Origin: a virus
Lineage: Duplodnaviria > Heunggongvirae > Uroviricota > Caudoviricetes
Virus record (IMG/VR): IMGVR_UViG_3300042892_001069
Direction: 5' to 3' (one strand)
Length of the DNA stretch: 64,000 bases
The notes beneath the pieces are model-generated. The model worked only from the letters and a program-made list of their open reading frames with translations. It did not search any database and had not been told where the DNA came from. Made by a program: the position numbers and the translations under genes. Shown here piece after piece: positions 1 through 9,011 of this stretch; the stretch's first letter is position 1; the number at the start of each line of letters is the position of its first letter.

Positions 1-1
1 A

Positions 2-1063
2 GGACAAATTGTAACAAGTTATTTTGATATTGACGGTAATCCATTTACATTTCCTGTTATTTTACCTGGCCCAAATAATTCAGCAGATGCTATTTACGAT
101 ATTGGATCAAGCACTAGACGTTTTAGAAACATATATGCCCAGTCATTTGTTGGTAGTTTTAACGGATCATTTACAGGATCACTATCAGGCAGCATCTCAG
201 GATCAGCGGCAAAGTTATCTAGTGCTACTACTTTTAGATTAATTGGCGATGTCGCAAGTGACAACGTAGAGTTTGACGGCCAGACCCCTCAAACTGGTCG
301 TCCGCCTGGCCTTATTGAATTTACTACATCTATCAGTCAAAACCTTATTACAGGAAAACCGCAAGTTACCCAATCAAATAATGATGATCAATTATTAGTA
401 TATAGATCGGGAGTTGACAGTGGACTTAAACGTGTTACAAAACAATCGTTTGTTTCTAATATTCCAACAGTTCCAATTGGGTGTTTAATGCCGTTTGCTG
501 GAACAGTATTACCAAACGGTTATTTGTTATGCGATGGAGGCGAAGTACGTATTAGTGAGTATCCAGAATTATTTGGAATAATTGGTTATACATATAAACG
601 ATTAGGCCTTCGCGGTAAAAACACGTTTGCGTTACCAGATTTACGTGGTAGATTCCCGATGGGACCAGATAGTATGGATAACGATACCACAGTTCCAGAT
701 AAAGACGATCCAACTATTTTAATTGACGCAGGCGGAGGCAGTGCTAATCGAGTTACTGCTACATCGGCAGATAATATTGGAGAAAGTAACGGTTCAGAAG
801 AGATTAGTATTCAAATCAATAATCTTCCAGAGCATAAACACACGCTTCAAAGCGAATCTGGATTACAATATTTTGCTGGTGGTAGCCCAACAGGCGCCGC
901 AGACGGCGGAACAATTTCAGGGTACGGTCTATCAGCCGGAGCAACTGGATACGGATTGCCAAATAGCGGCGGCGTATCAGCATCTCGAGTTGGTGATTCT
1001 ATCAGTACAATGAACCCGTACATTACAATGAATTATATTATTTTTACTGGTGTCCTACAATGA
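2..1063 (+). CDS. tail fibre protein with phage tail-collar domain (5'-truncated by window edge)
   Basis: Frame is open from base 2 (GQIVTSYF...), well upstream of the track ATG at 488. Contains collar motifs VPIGCLMPFAG, GYLLCDG, FALPDLRGRFPMG and the terminal MNPYITMNYII. Confidence 0.8.
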   Translation, partial: GQIVTSYFDIDGNPFTFPVILPGPNNSADAIYDIGSSTRRFRNIYAQSFVGSFNGSFTGSLSGSISGSAAKLSSATTFRLIGDVASDNVEFDGQTPQTGRPPGLIEFTTSISQNLITGKPQVTQSNNDDQLLVYRSGVDSGLKRVTKQSFVSNIPTVPIGCLMPFAGTVLPNGYLLCDGGEVRISEYPELFGIIGYTYKRLGLRGKNTFALPDLRGRFPMGPDSMDNDTTVPDKDDPTILIDAGGGSANRVTATSADNIGESNGSEEISIQINNLPEHKHTLQSESGLQYFAGGSPTGAADGGTISGYGLSAGATGYGLPNSGGVSASRVGDSISTMNPYITMNYIIFTGVLQ

Positions 1064-2910
1064 GCTACATAATCAACAAAACTGATGGATCTGTATTAAC
1101 AGAAATAGTCGACGGTACTGTTGACCAAACAGCTACTGATTTAACCCTAGTTGGAAAGAATGCCAGTAGTTATGGTGAAGCATTTAATGAAAATTTTGTT
1201 CACTTACTAGAAAATTTTGCCAATACTAGCTCGCCAAACAATCCAATTCAAGGACAACTATGGTTTGATACCAGTGAAAGCCGATTAAAAATCTACGACG
1301 GTTCAGGTTTTAAAGTAAGTGGTGGTAGTATTGTTTCCAATACTATCCCTTCAACTATTGGTCAAGGTGACATCTGGATCGATAGCAGACGTAAACAGTT
1401 ATATTTTAATGACGGCGTGTCTACAATACTAGCAGGCCCTCCATATTCAACGTTTCAGGGAATAACTGGTTGCGAAGTAGTTGACGTAACTGATACTAAC
1501 GATAACCCCCGAACTATTATTTTATTTAAAGTTGGTGGTATCTTATTAGGAATTTTTAGCAACAACCAATTTATTCCATCAGTAGACGGCGGCGGCTTAG
1601 GACTTGAGTTTCAAGGCCCGACCTTTAGTGCGTCTATTAATTACATCAGGGGAGATAGAGTAACATATAGAAGTAATCCAAATACTCCGCCTACTTTCAT
1701 TTATGAAGCAACAACATCAAGTGTGCCACTCGGCACCCTGCCTACAGATATCGCTTATTGGAAACAAGTAATTATTGCTCCTGGCTTTAACGCAAGTACA
1801 TTAACTAATTTAAAATTTGATGTTACTACTACTAGAGCAAATGCGTTAGTTGACAGTAACGGAGATTTAAAAACTGCAGATACTTTCATAAGTAATTCCG
1901 GCGATGCGTCTATCAACGGTACAGTAACTATTACTAACGTAGTTCCGTTGATTCTTGGCGGAAGCACACAATCGCAAGTAACAGTCAGTAACGCACTTTT
2001 TGAATTAGCATCAAATATATCTAATCAAAATTTCCAAGTCTCATCAAAAAATGCTGCCAACGGATTACAAGCTAGTATTTTTGTTAACGCTAATAACGAA
2101 TATGTTGGGATATATACGGACACTCCGACAACTACGTTGGATGTCAACGGTGATACTCGTATTAGAGGTAGCTTAACAGTTGAGGGCAATTTAACTTCCG
2201 TTAACACTATTAATATTGAAATAGCCGATAAATTAATTGAATTAGCAAAAGTTGCTTCGCCGTCAAATACTACAGCTGATGGCGGCGGGATATCTATAGA
2301 AGGTGGGTTAGACGGTGATAAAACCTTAACATGGTCGTCTACAATTCCGGGGTGGACAAGCTCAGAAAATTTTAATATTGCTAGTTCTAAAGCATACTAT
2401 ATTAATGGTATTCAAACATTAAACTACACAACTCTTGGTAGTTCGGTAGTTAATTCTAGTTTAACCGGAGTAGGCACATTAAGAACTTTACAAGTATACA
2501 GTAATTTAGCTTCTTGCGGAACTAGTATTGATGGAAACACAATTAGTTATACTAGTAATAGTTTTGCATCGGGCGATGTAGTATTGCTCCCTAAAGGAAC
2601 CGGGAACGTTGATGTTAGTAGTAGAAAAATCATCAATGTTTCAAACCCTCAAGACCCTACAGATGCTGTAAATTTACAAACAGTACAGTCATTAATTAGC
2701 AGTGCGCCATTAGGATTATCGGCTGATACTGCGTTTTTAGCCGGAGTTACGTTAGACGCCGACATTGGCACACAGATTATTGAGAAAGTTTATCCCGCAG
2801 TCACCCACCAAATTGGTACAGAATGTAGAATCTGGTGTATTGATCTAGGAATCGCAAAATTATATACAATAGCACCTAGTGGATTTTGGGCTTGGTCAGC
2901 CAATCTGTAA
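1060..2910 (+). CDS. tail fibre/baseplate-associated structural protein
   Basis: N-terminus (DGTVD...LVGKN...YGE..NENF..LLENFAN...GQLW.D) is paralogous to 2956..4491; S/T/G-rich beta-repeat body; ATGA overlap with the collar gene. Confidence 0.65.
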   Translation: MSYIINKTDGSVLTEIVDGTVDQTATDLTLVGKNASSYGEAFNENFVHLLENFANTSSPNNPIQGQLWFDTSESRLKIYDGSGFKVSGGSIVSNTIPSTIGQGDIWIDSRRKQLYFNDGVSTILAGPPYSTFQGITGCEVVDVTDTNDNPRTIILFKVGGILLGIFSNNQFIPSVDGGGLGLEFQGPTFSASINYIRGDRVTYRSNPNTPPTFIYEATTSSVPLGTLPTDIAYWKQVIIAPGFNASTLTNLKFDVTTTRANALVDSNGDLKTADTFISNSGDASINGTVTITNVVPLILGGSTQSQVTVSNALFELASNISNQNFQVSSKNAANGLQASIFVNANNEYVGIYTDTPTTTLDVNGDTRIRGSLTVEGNLTSVNTINIEIADKLIELAKVASPSNTTADGGGISIEGGLDGDKTLTWSSTIPGWTSSENFNIASSKAYYINGIQTLNYTTLGSSVVNSSLTGVGTLRTLQVYSNLASCGTSIDGNTISYTSNSFASGDVVLLPKGTGNVDVSSRKIINVSNPQDPTDAVNLQTVQSLISSAPLGLSADTAFLAGVTLDADIGTQIIEKVYPAVTHQIGTECRIWCIDLGIAKLYTIAPSGFWAWSANL

Positions 2911-2925
2911 TTGGGCCAAAATAGA

Positions 2926-2932
2926 ATAAATA
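2926..2932 (+). promoter_or_regulatory. T4-late-like promoter ATAAATA
   Basis: TAAATA core about 25 nt upstream of a structural gene; the motif recurs upstream of many virion genes here. Confidence 0.55.
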
Positions 2933-2955
2933 CTAAGAATAAGGAATGATGGAAA

Positions 2956-4491
2956 ATGCCATATACGATTAATCATTACAACGGAGATTTTGCTGTTACT
3001 GTTGCCGACGGCACAGTCGATACTAGCTATGCAGTTAAACTTGTCGGCAAAAACTACGCTGGTTACGGTGAACTTCAGAATGAAAATTTTCTAGCATTAC
3101 TAGAAAATTTTGCTAATGGCATTGAACCAGCAAGAAAAACAGCAGGTCAACTGTGGTATAACAGCACAGATAAAAAATTAAAGTTTTTTGACGGCAGCAA
3201 ATTTAAATCAACCGGCGGCGCTGAAATAACTGATAGTATTGAACCACTAGGGTTAGTTGAAGGCGATTTTTGGTGGAAGCGTAGTACTAAACAGCTATTC
3301 TCTAAAAACAACGTAGGTACATTTACGCTAATCGGTCCACAAGCTGCAGGAACAAATCAAACTGAAATGTTTTCTAGAGAGTTAACTGATACTAGAATCC
3401 CAGCGCAAAATCATCCAATAATTGAAGCAAGAGTAAATGGTCTTACTTCGTTTATTATTGCCCCAATTGATATGGTACCGTTTGATATTGATAAGGGTAT
3501 TGAAGGACAAAACATCGCAGGTTTTACCACAATTCATCCTGGTATTACACTAGCGTTAACTGAAGAATCAGATCCTGCGGATGCTATGTATGGTGTTACT
3601 GATTCAACAGATATTAGATTTTTTGGTACTGCTACTAACTCAGATAAGTTAGGAGGAATACTTGCATCAAACTTTGTAAGAAACGACCAAGCATCTGGAT
3701 TTACCCGTGTTGTTAGATTTGCCGATGCGGGTTATACAGTCGGCGATAGTTGGGCAACAAATGGGTTACTAGTTGATATTTCCGGAGCATATCCAAGAAT
3801 ACAAACTCAAGGATCGTCTTTACGAATTCAGACAAAAGCATCTGGTGTTATAAAGACTCCTATTAAATTAGTTGGCAACGCTATTCTAAACGGCGGTGAT
3901 GACAACGATGGGTTCACATACGATATTGGGTCACTTACTGTAAAATTTAACACAGTATATGCTAACGTATTTGACGGCGCAGCCACTAAAGCTGACAGCG
4001 TAAGTGTTGGCGGTATATATAGAACTGCCAGCGTTGATACAAGTGGAACAGGCACAGGAAATACAATTGTTGCTAGAGACTCTACTGGTAATATTAACGC
4101 TGTGTTATTCCAAGGAGTTGCTACTTCAGCTAATTATGCTGACTTGGCAGAAAAATATCTTGCTGATGCCGACTATGAAGTTGGCACAGTTGTAATGATT
4201 GGCGGCGACAAAGAAGTTACAGCAACGCAAGTTGGCTTCCGTGCTATTGGCGCAGTATCTGCTAACCCGGCATACATGATGAATAGCGAGTTAGAAGGCG
4301 GAACTTATATTGCTTTAAAAGGACGAGTTCCTGTTAAAGTGATAGGTCATATTGCCAAAGGTCAACGTTTAGTTGCTGGCGCTGACGGAACTGCTCAAGC
4401 TGCATTTGGTAATACAGTTGATTACTTTGCTATTGCGTTAGAAACTAGTGCCGACGTTGGAACACGATTAGTTGAAGCTTTAATTTTATAA
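2956..4491 (+). CDS. tail fibre protein with C-terminal intramolecular-chaperone-like domain
   Basis: Paralogous N-terminus; C-terminal YADLAEKY...GTVVMIGG...IALKGRVPVKV typical of tail-fibre chaperone/auto-cleaving domains. Confidence 0.65.
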   Translation: MPYTINHYNGDFAVTVADGTVDTSYAVKLVGKNYAGYGELQNENFLALLENFANGIEPARKTAGQLWYNSTDKKLKFFDGSKFKSTGGAEITDSIEPLGLVEGDFWWKRSTKQLFSKNNVGTFTLIGPQAAGTNQTEMFSRELTDTRIPAQNHPIIEARVNGLTSFIIAPIDMVPFDIDKGIEGQNIAGFTTIHPGITLALTEESDPADAMYGVTDSTDIRFFGTATNSDKLGGILASNFVRNDQASGFTRVVRFADAGYTVGDSWATNGLLVDISGAYPRIQTQGSSLRIQTKASGVIKTPIKLVGNAILNGGDDNDGFTYDIGSLTVKFNTVYANVFDGAATKADSVSVGGIYRTASVDTSGTGTGNTIVARDSTGNINAVLFQGVATSANYADLAEKYLADADYEVGTVVMIGGDKEVTATQVGFRAIGAVSANPAYMMNSELEGGTYIALKGRVPVKVIGHIAKGQRLVAGADGTAQAAFGNTVDYFAIALETSADVGTRLVEALIL

Positions 4492-4503
4492 TAGGATACA
4501 AAA

Positions 4504-5448
4504 ATGGCCGCAGGTATTGGACAAAAAATTGAAGCCACTGACTATAACAGTATTCAAAATAAAATTGCTGGAATTTTGGGAACTGGTAGTGGCACCTCTG
4601 GATACGGACAATCAGTAACTAGTTTAGCAATTGCCGCCGGTGATAAAATTAACCTTAGCGGTTGGCTAAATCTAAGAGCTGATTTACGTGCAGCACGAGA
4701 GCATCAATTAGGTACCGGTACAGTTAGTACAGGCAGCGCCAATGATGGCGTAAACTTATTAGTTCCTGTTACTAGTTTAGTAATAACTGAAGCACTTAGA
4801 AATCAATATGATTTATTTGCTGACACAGTTGTTTCAAACAAATTTTTATTAGGCTCTCCGGGGCAATTCTCAACTGAAACAGTTATTACCTTTTCAAAAT
4901 CAGGTGCTTGGAATAGTACAATATCTAATGTAATTACTATTTCTGGAAGTGCCAGCGGCGCAGGTACTGCTGAAAATATGAGATTCTTTTTTAATGCCGG
5001 CGGCAGTTTTCAATTACAGTCTAGTCGAAATGGACCCAGCGCCGGAGCAAAAGATGATGCGTGGACTACTATGTTAAGCCAGGCTGCAGTAGTTACAATG
5101 AATTATGCTACTACAACGTATTCTGGTTCAAATGGTACTGTATACGCCGTTGGATATAATACTCTTACTACATCAGATCAAGTAATCTTTCATAAACCAG
5201 CGCCAGCTGGCAACTACGCAGAAAACGATTATTTTATCTATGCTAGAAAATCAACTAACGGAGCCGATGTTATTTTCACATTACGATTCCAAGATGACGA
5301 CACTGGCGATCAAACAGGTACTGGTGTTCCGGTCGACGAGAACGTTAATGCCGCAGGCGGAACGCTCGACACTGCTGTAAATATGATTAGACCGTCTGGC
5401 ACAAACGTGTCAATCCTAGCCCCAACATCAAGCCAAACCGGAATGTAA
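4504..5448 (+). CDS. putative virion structural protein
   Basis: G/S/T-rich 314-aa ORF in the tail operon, with AGGA RBS. Confidence 0.5.
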   Translation: MAAGIGQKIEATDYNSIQNKIAGILGTGSGTSGYGQSVTSLAIAAGDKINLSGWLNLRADLRAAREHQLGTGTVSTGSANDGVNLLVPVTSLVITEALRNQYDLFADTVVSNKFLLGSPGQFSTETVITFSKSGAWNSTISNVITISGSASGAGTAENMRFFFNAGGSFQLQSSRNGPSAGAKDDAWTTMLSQAAVVTMNYATTTYSGSNGTVYAVGYNTLTTSDQVIFHKPAPAGNYAENDYFIYARKSTNGADVIFTLRFQDDDTGDQTGTGVPVDENVNAAGGTLDTAVNMIRPSGTNVSILAPTSSQTGM

Positions 5449-5499
5449 GCTCCCGCTGTAAAAAATAGATAATTACTTGATATACTCAAGAGGTTATCT

Positions 5500-5850
5500 A
5501 TGGACGAACGTCTAGAAAAAGCATATCAAGTTGTCAATTATATGACAACACTATCTTCGCAAAAAAGAGTAATTAAAGAAGAATTTGAGCAAAAATTGCT
5601 ACATTATGTAAATGGTAGCACATTTAAAATTACCCCAACTTTAATTAATTTTACAAAAACAGTCATTGATCTAGGACACACATCGGATGTGGCGTTTTTA
5701 GACGAAAATAATCTACCAGTTTTAATAGAAGATGTTCAAATATTTTTTAACACAATAGTTGAACAGTATTTTCAATCGCTTAACGATTACGCAATTAAGA
5801 TCGCAGCCATTAAGACTAAACGGTCATTAGTAGATATTACTTCACTATGA
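5500..5850 (+). CDS. hypothetical protein, first gene of glycosyltransferase cassette
   Basis: GAGG RBS; ATAATTA late-like motif at 5469; ATGA-coupled to the next gene. Confidence 0.6.
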   Translation: MDERLEKAYQVVNYMTTLSSQKRVIKEEFEQKLLHYVNGSTFKITPTLINFTKTVIDLGHTSDVAFLDENNLPVLIEDVQIFFNTIVEQYFQSLNDYAIKIAAIKTKRSLVDITSL

Positions 5851-6683
5851 CCCACGGCGCTGTTATATTTGCACAGAATAATGGAGCAATTGACTATGTT
5901 AAGATTGCAACATTTTCTGCTAAACAACTAAAACATTATTTAAACATACCGGTATCTCTTATAACTGACTCCCCAGACGCAGTTACAGATACTGACGTAT
6001 TTGATCAAATTATTGTTATTAGTTCTAATACCACACAAACAAAAAAGTTTCATGATGGTACATTATCATCAAAAAATCTAGTATGGAAAAATCAATCAAG
6101 AAGTCAAATATTTGATTTAACACCGTATGATACTACACTAGTAATTGACAGCGATTATATTATTAATTCATCAGTGCTATTGCCAACGTTTAACAGCAAC
6201 AGTAATTTTCAAATATATCGTTCTAGTTTAGATCTTGCTAGTTGGCGTAACACTAGTAGCTTTGATAGATTAAATCAGTATAGTATTCCATTTTATTGGG
6301 CTACTGTGTTCGTGTTTAAGAAAGACGAATTTACACAGGCATTTTTTAATATTGTAGATAATATTAAATTAAACTGGGAATATTATAGATTGCTGTATAC
6401 TATAGATTCAAAAGTATTTAGAAATGATTTTGCGTTTAGTATAGCAATTCATATCATGAATAATAACACTACTGGAGAGTTTGCGACCGCGCTTCCAGGG
6501 AGTATGACGTATATTTTAGATCGAGATTTGTTAGTAAGAATAGCAGAAGATAAAATGCAATTCTTAGTTGAAAAAGAAGGGTACCGTGGAGAGTACACGC
6601 TAGTCAAAACTACTGGTTTAGATGTTCATGTAATGAATAAATCTAGCCTACTTAGAGTAGTCGAAGGAGGCCAAGGTGTCTAA
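5847..6683 (+). CDS. GT-A fold glycosyltransferase-like protein (GT8-like)
   Basis: Rossmann-like start (GAVIFAQN...Y), PVSLITD, and LTPYDTTLVIDSD with a DxD motif; paralog of the next gene. Confidence 0.6.
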   Translation: MTHGAVIFAQNNGAIDYVKIATFSAKQLKHYLNIPVSLITDSPDAVTDTDVFDQIIVISSNTTQTKKFHDGTLSSKNLVWKNQSRSQIFDLTPYDTTLVIDSDYIINSSVLLPTFNSNSNFQIYRSSLDLASWRNTSSFDRLNQYSIPFYWATVFVFKKDEFTQAFFNIVDNIKLNWEYYRLLYTIDSKVFRNDFAFSIAIHIMNNNTTGEFATALPGSMTYILDRDLLVRIAEDKMQFLVEKEGYRGEYTLVKTTGLDVHVMNKSSLLRVVEGGQGV

Positions 6684-7518
6684 AGGATTTGTTGTACTTG
6701 CTCAGAATACTAAAACAATTGATTACGTAAAACAAGCGTATGCGCTTGCTCTTAGTATTAAGAATACGCAAAAAACAGTAACTAAGATATCGCTAGTTAC
6801 TAACGATCCAGTGCCTTTACACTACAAACATGTGTTTGATAAAATAATAGAAATTCCATGGGACGACCTTGCTACTAACCCAACTTGGAAGATTGAAAAT
6901 CGATGGAAGATATTCCATGTGTCGCCGTATGAAGAAACTATTGTGTTAGACACTGATATGTTATTTTTAGATGATATAAGCAGTTGGTGGGACTACTGTA
7001 GTAACAGTGATCTTAAATTTTGTTCAACTATTAAAAATTATAAAAATGAAATTGTAAAAACAGACTATGTTCATAGAAAAACATTTATCAATAATAAATT
7101 ATCTAATCCGTATGTAGCATTATTTTATTTTAAAAAATCAGATTTAGCACTTGAGTTTTTTAAAGTATTAGAATTTGTTGTTAAAAATTGGGAATATTGT
7201 TCAAAAATAGTTACCCTAACTAGTCCGCAAAAATGGCTTAGTATTGATCTAGCAACTGCTATAGCAATTAACATTATGGGGATAGAAGAGCAGGTAATTG
7301 ATCCTTGTTCGCCTCTTGAGTTTATCCATATGAAAGCGGCAATACAAGGATGGAATCCAGTCCCTACATCATGGCAAAATGTTGTTTCTTTTAATTTTGA
7401 AAACGGAGTTATGCTGGTTGGTAATTATCGTCAAGAGTTTTTGTTTCATTATGTAGAAAAAGATTTTCTAACAGATAAAATGATAGTAAAATTAGAAGGG
7501 CAAAAAATTTATGACTGA
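6676..7518 (+). CDS. GT-A fold glycosyltransferase-like protein (GT8-like)
   Basis: GFVVLAQN...Y, ISLVTN, and VSPYEETIVLDTD with a DxD motif. Confidence 0.6.
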   Translation: MSKGFVVLAQNTKTIDYVKQAYALALSIKNTQKTVTKISLVTNDPVPLHYKHVFDKIIEIPWDDLATNPTWKIENRWKIFHVSPYEETIVLDTDMLFLDDISSWWDYCSNSDLKFCSTIKNYKNEIVKTDYVHRKTFINNKLSNPYVALFYFKKSDLALEFFKVLEFVVKNWEYCSKIVTLTSPQKWLSIDLATAIAINIMGIEEQVIDPCSPLEFIHMKAAIQGWNPVPTSWQNVVSFNFENGVMLVGNYRQEFLFHYVEKDFLTDKMIVKLEGQKIYD

Positions 7519-8128
7519 TGAAATAGAATATCTCACCGACGACCAACTAGCATCTATTTCTGGAATTATTGACAACTTATACTATGTGTATTTTGTTGAA
7601 GGCGGTAAAATAGATGCCATTACAAATGAAAAACGAGAAAATAGTACTCTTAATTTTATCAAAGTAGAATATAATCGAATTGAAAAATTCCTAGTTGGCA
7701 AGGAAAATTTTTCTGAATATATAGTGTCGTTGATCGATAAAGATACACCGGTTATTGTTAAACCGTCCGAATCAATTAGTGCTAATACTCACTGGTTGTC
7801 AAAAATAACTGAAGTAGCAACCGATAACACTACCTTAACAGTTACGTGGAATGCTGTTAATAAATGCTGGGGATTTTCTCTTAATGAATCATCTAGAGAA
7901 CAAATTAAGCAAATTGGGTTAACGGCTCAACTATTATTTTTCATCACATTTAACAATAATCCAAATTTTTTAATTAGAACAATTAGTATAGACATGTTAG
8001 ACATATCTAACACTACGGCAATTGAAATTCCTTGGATTTCATTATCAGAACAAGATTATTATAATATAGCTGTTAGTACCCGACGATTCTTTGAATCTTA
8101 TGGAATTTTAAAGTATGAGCAAGATTAA
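7511..8128 (+). CDS. hypothetical protein
   Basis: 205-aa ORF overlapping both neighbours in the cassette. Confidence 0.6.
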   Translation: MTDEIEYLTDDQLASISGIIDNLYYVYFVEGGKIDAITNEKRENSTLNFIKVEYNRIEKFLVGKENFSEYIVSLIDKDTPVIVKPSESISANTHWLSKITEVATDNTTLTVTWNAVNKCWGFSLNESSREQIKQIGLTAQLLFFITFNNNPNFLIRTISIDMLDISNTTAIEIPWISLSEQDYYNIAVSTRRFFESYGILKYEQD

Positions 8129-9011
8129 AATTATTGAACAAGATGTTATATTTCTCAGCTATGACGAACCTAACGCTGAAAAAAATTACGCAGATTTATG
8201 TAATAAATTGCCCTGGGCCAAGCGTGTACATGGAGTTAAAGGCAGCGATGCCGCACACAAGGCCTGCGCCGCCCTAAGTGAAACAGAGTATTTTGTTACA
8301 GTTGATGCTGACAATATTGTAGATCCAGCGTTTTTTAATGTTGAGATAGATTTAGACGAATTAAAACTAACCTCAGACCACGTATTCAGTTGGTGCGGAA
8401 GTGTTCATGTAAACGGATTACGTTATGGCAATGGTGGCCTAAAATTATGGACACGTAAATTTGTTAATGAAATGAAAACTCACGAAAACAGCGACCCAGC
8501 CGACACTAAGGGATTAGTGGAGTTTTGTTTTGATGATCGGTATTATCAATTTAATGACAACTACAGTGAAAGCTATACTAACGCAAGTCCGTTTCAAGCA
8601 TGGAGAGCAGGTTTTCGCGAAGGTGTAAAAATGTCATTAGACCAAGGTGCTAGAGTAAAAGACCTTAAATCAGTTTGGTGGCAAAATTATGATCGATTAT
8701 TAATATGGTGTAATGTTGGTGAAGATGTTGAAAATGGGTTATGGTCAATGTATGGAGCAAGAGAGGGTGCGTACTTAACTAATTGCTCTGACTGGGATTA
8801 TGCTAATGTTCGAGACTTTGAATGGTTGACATCACAGTGGGAAAACACATATAGTAAGATAACAGAAGAAATGTTGCCGTATGAGATTATGGGAATAGGT
8901 GAAACATTAAAATATGAATGTGGATTAGAAATAGCAACCTTAGGTGTTGAAGGTAGTAAGTTTTTTAAAACAGTGTACAATAATACTCCTCGCAGAATAA
9001 GAAAACGATAA
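8115..9011 (+). CDS. GT-A (GT2-like) glycosyltransferase-like protein
   Basis: IFLSYDEPNA...RVHGVKG..AAH...FVTVDAD (DxD), YGNGGLKL, AWRAGFREGVK. Confidence 0.55.
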   Translation: MSKIKIIEQDVIFLSYDEPNAEKNYADLCNKLPWAKRVHGVKGSDAAHKACAALSETEYFVTVDADNIVDPAFFNVEIDLDELKLTSDHVFSWCGSVHVNGLRYGNGGLKLWTRKFVNEMKTHENSDPADTKGLVEFCFDDRYYQFNDNYSESYTNASPFQAWRAGFREGVKMSLDQGARVKDLKSVWWQNYDRLLIWCNVGEDVENGLWSMYGAREGAYLTNCSDWDYANVRDFEWLTSQWENTYSKITEEMLPYEIMGIGETLKYECGLEIATLGVEGSKFFKTVYNNTPRRIRKR

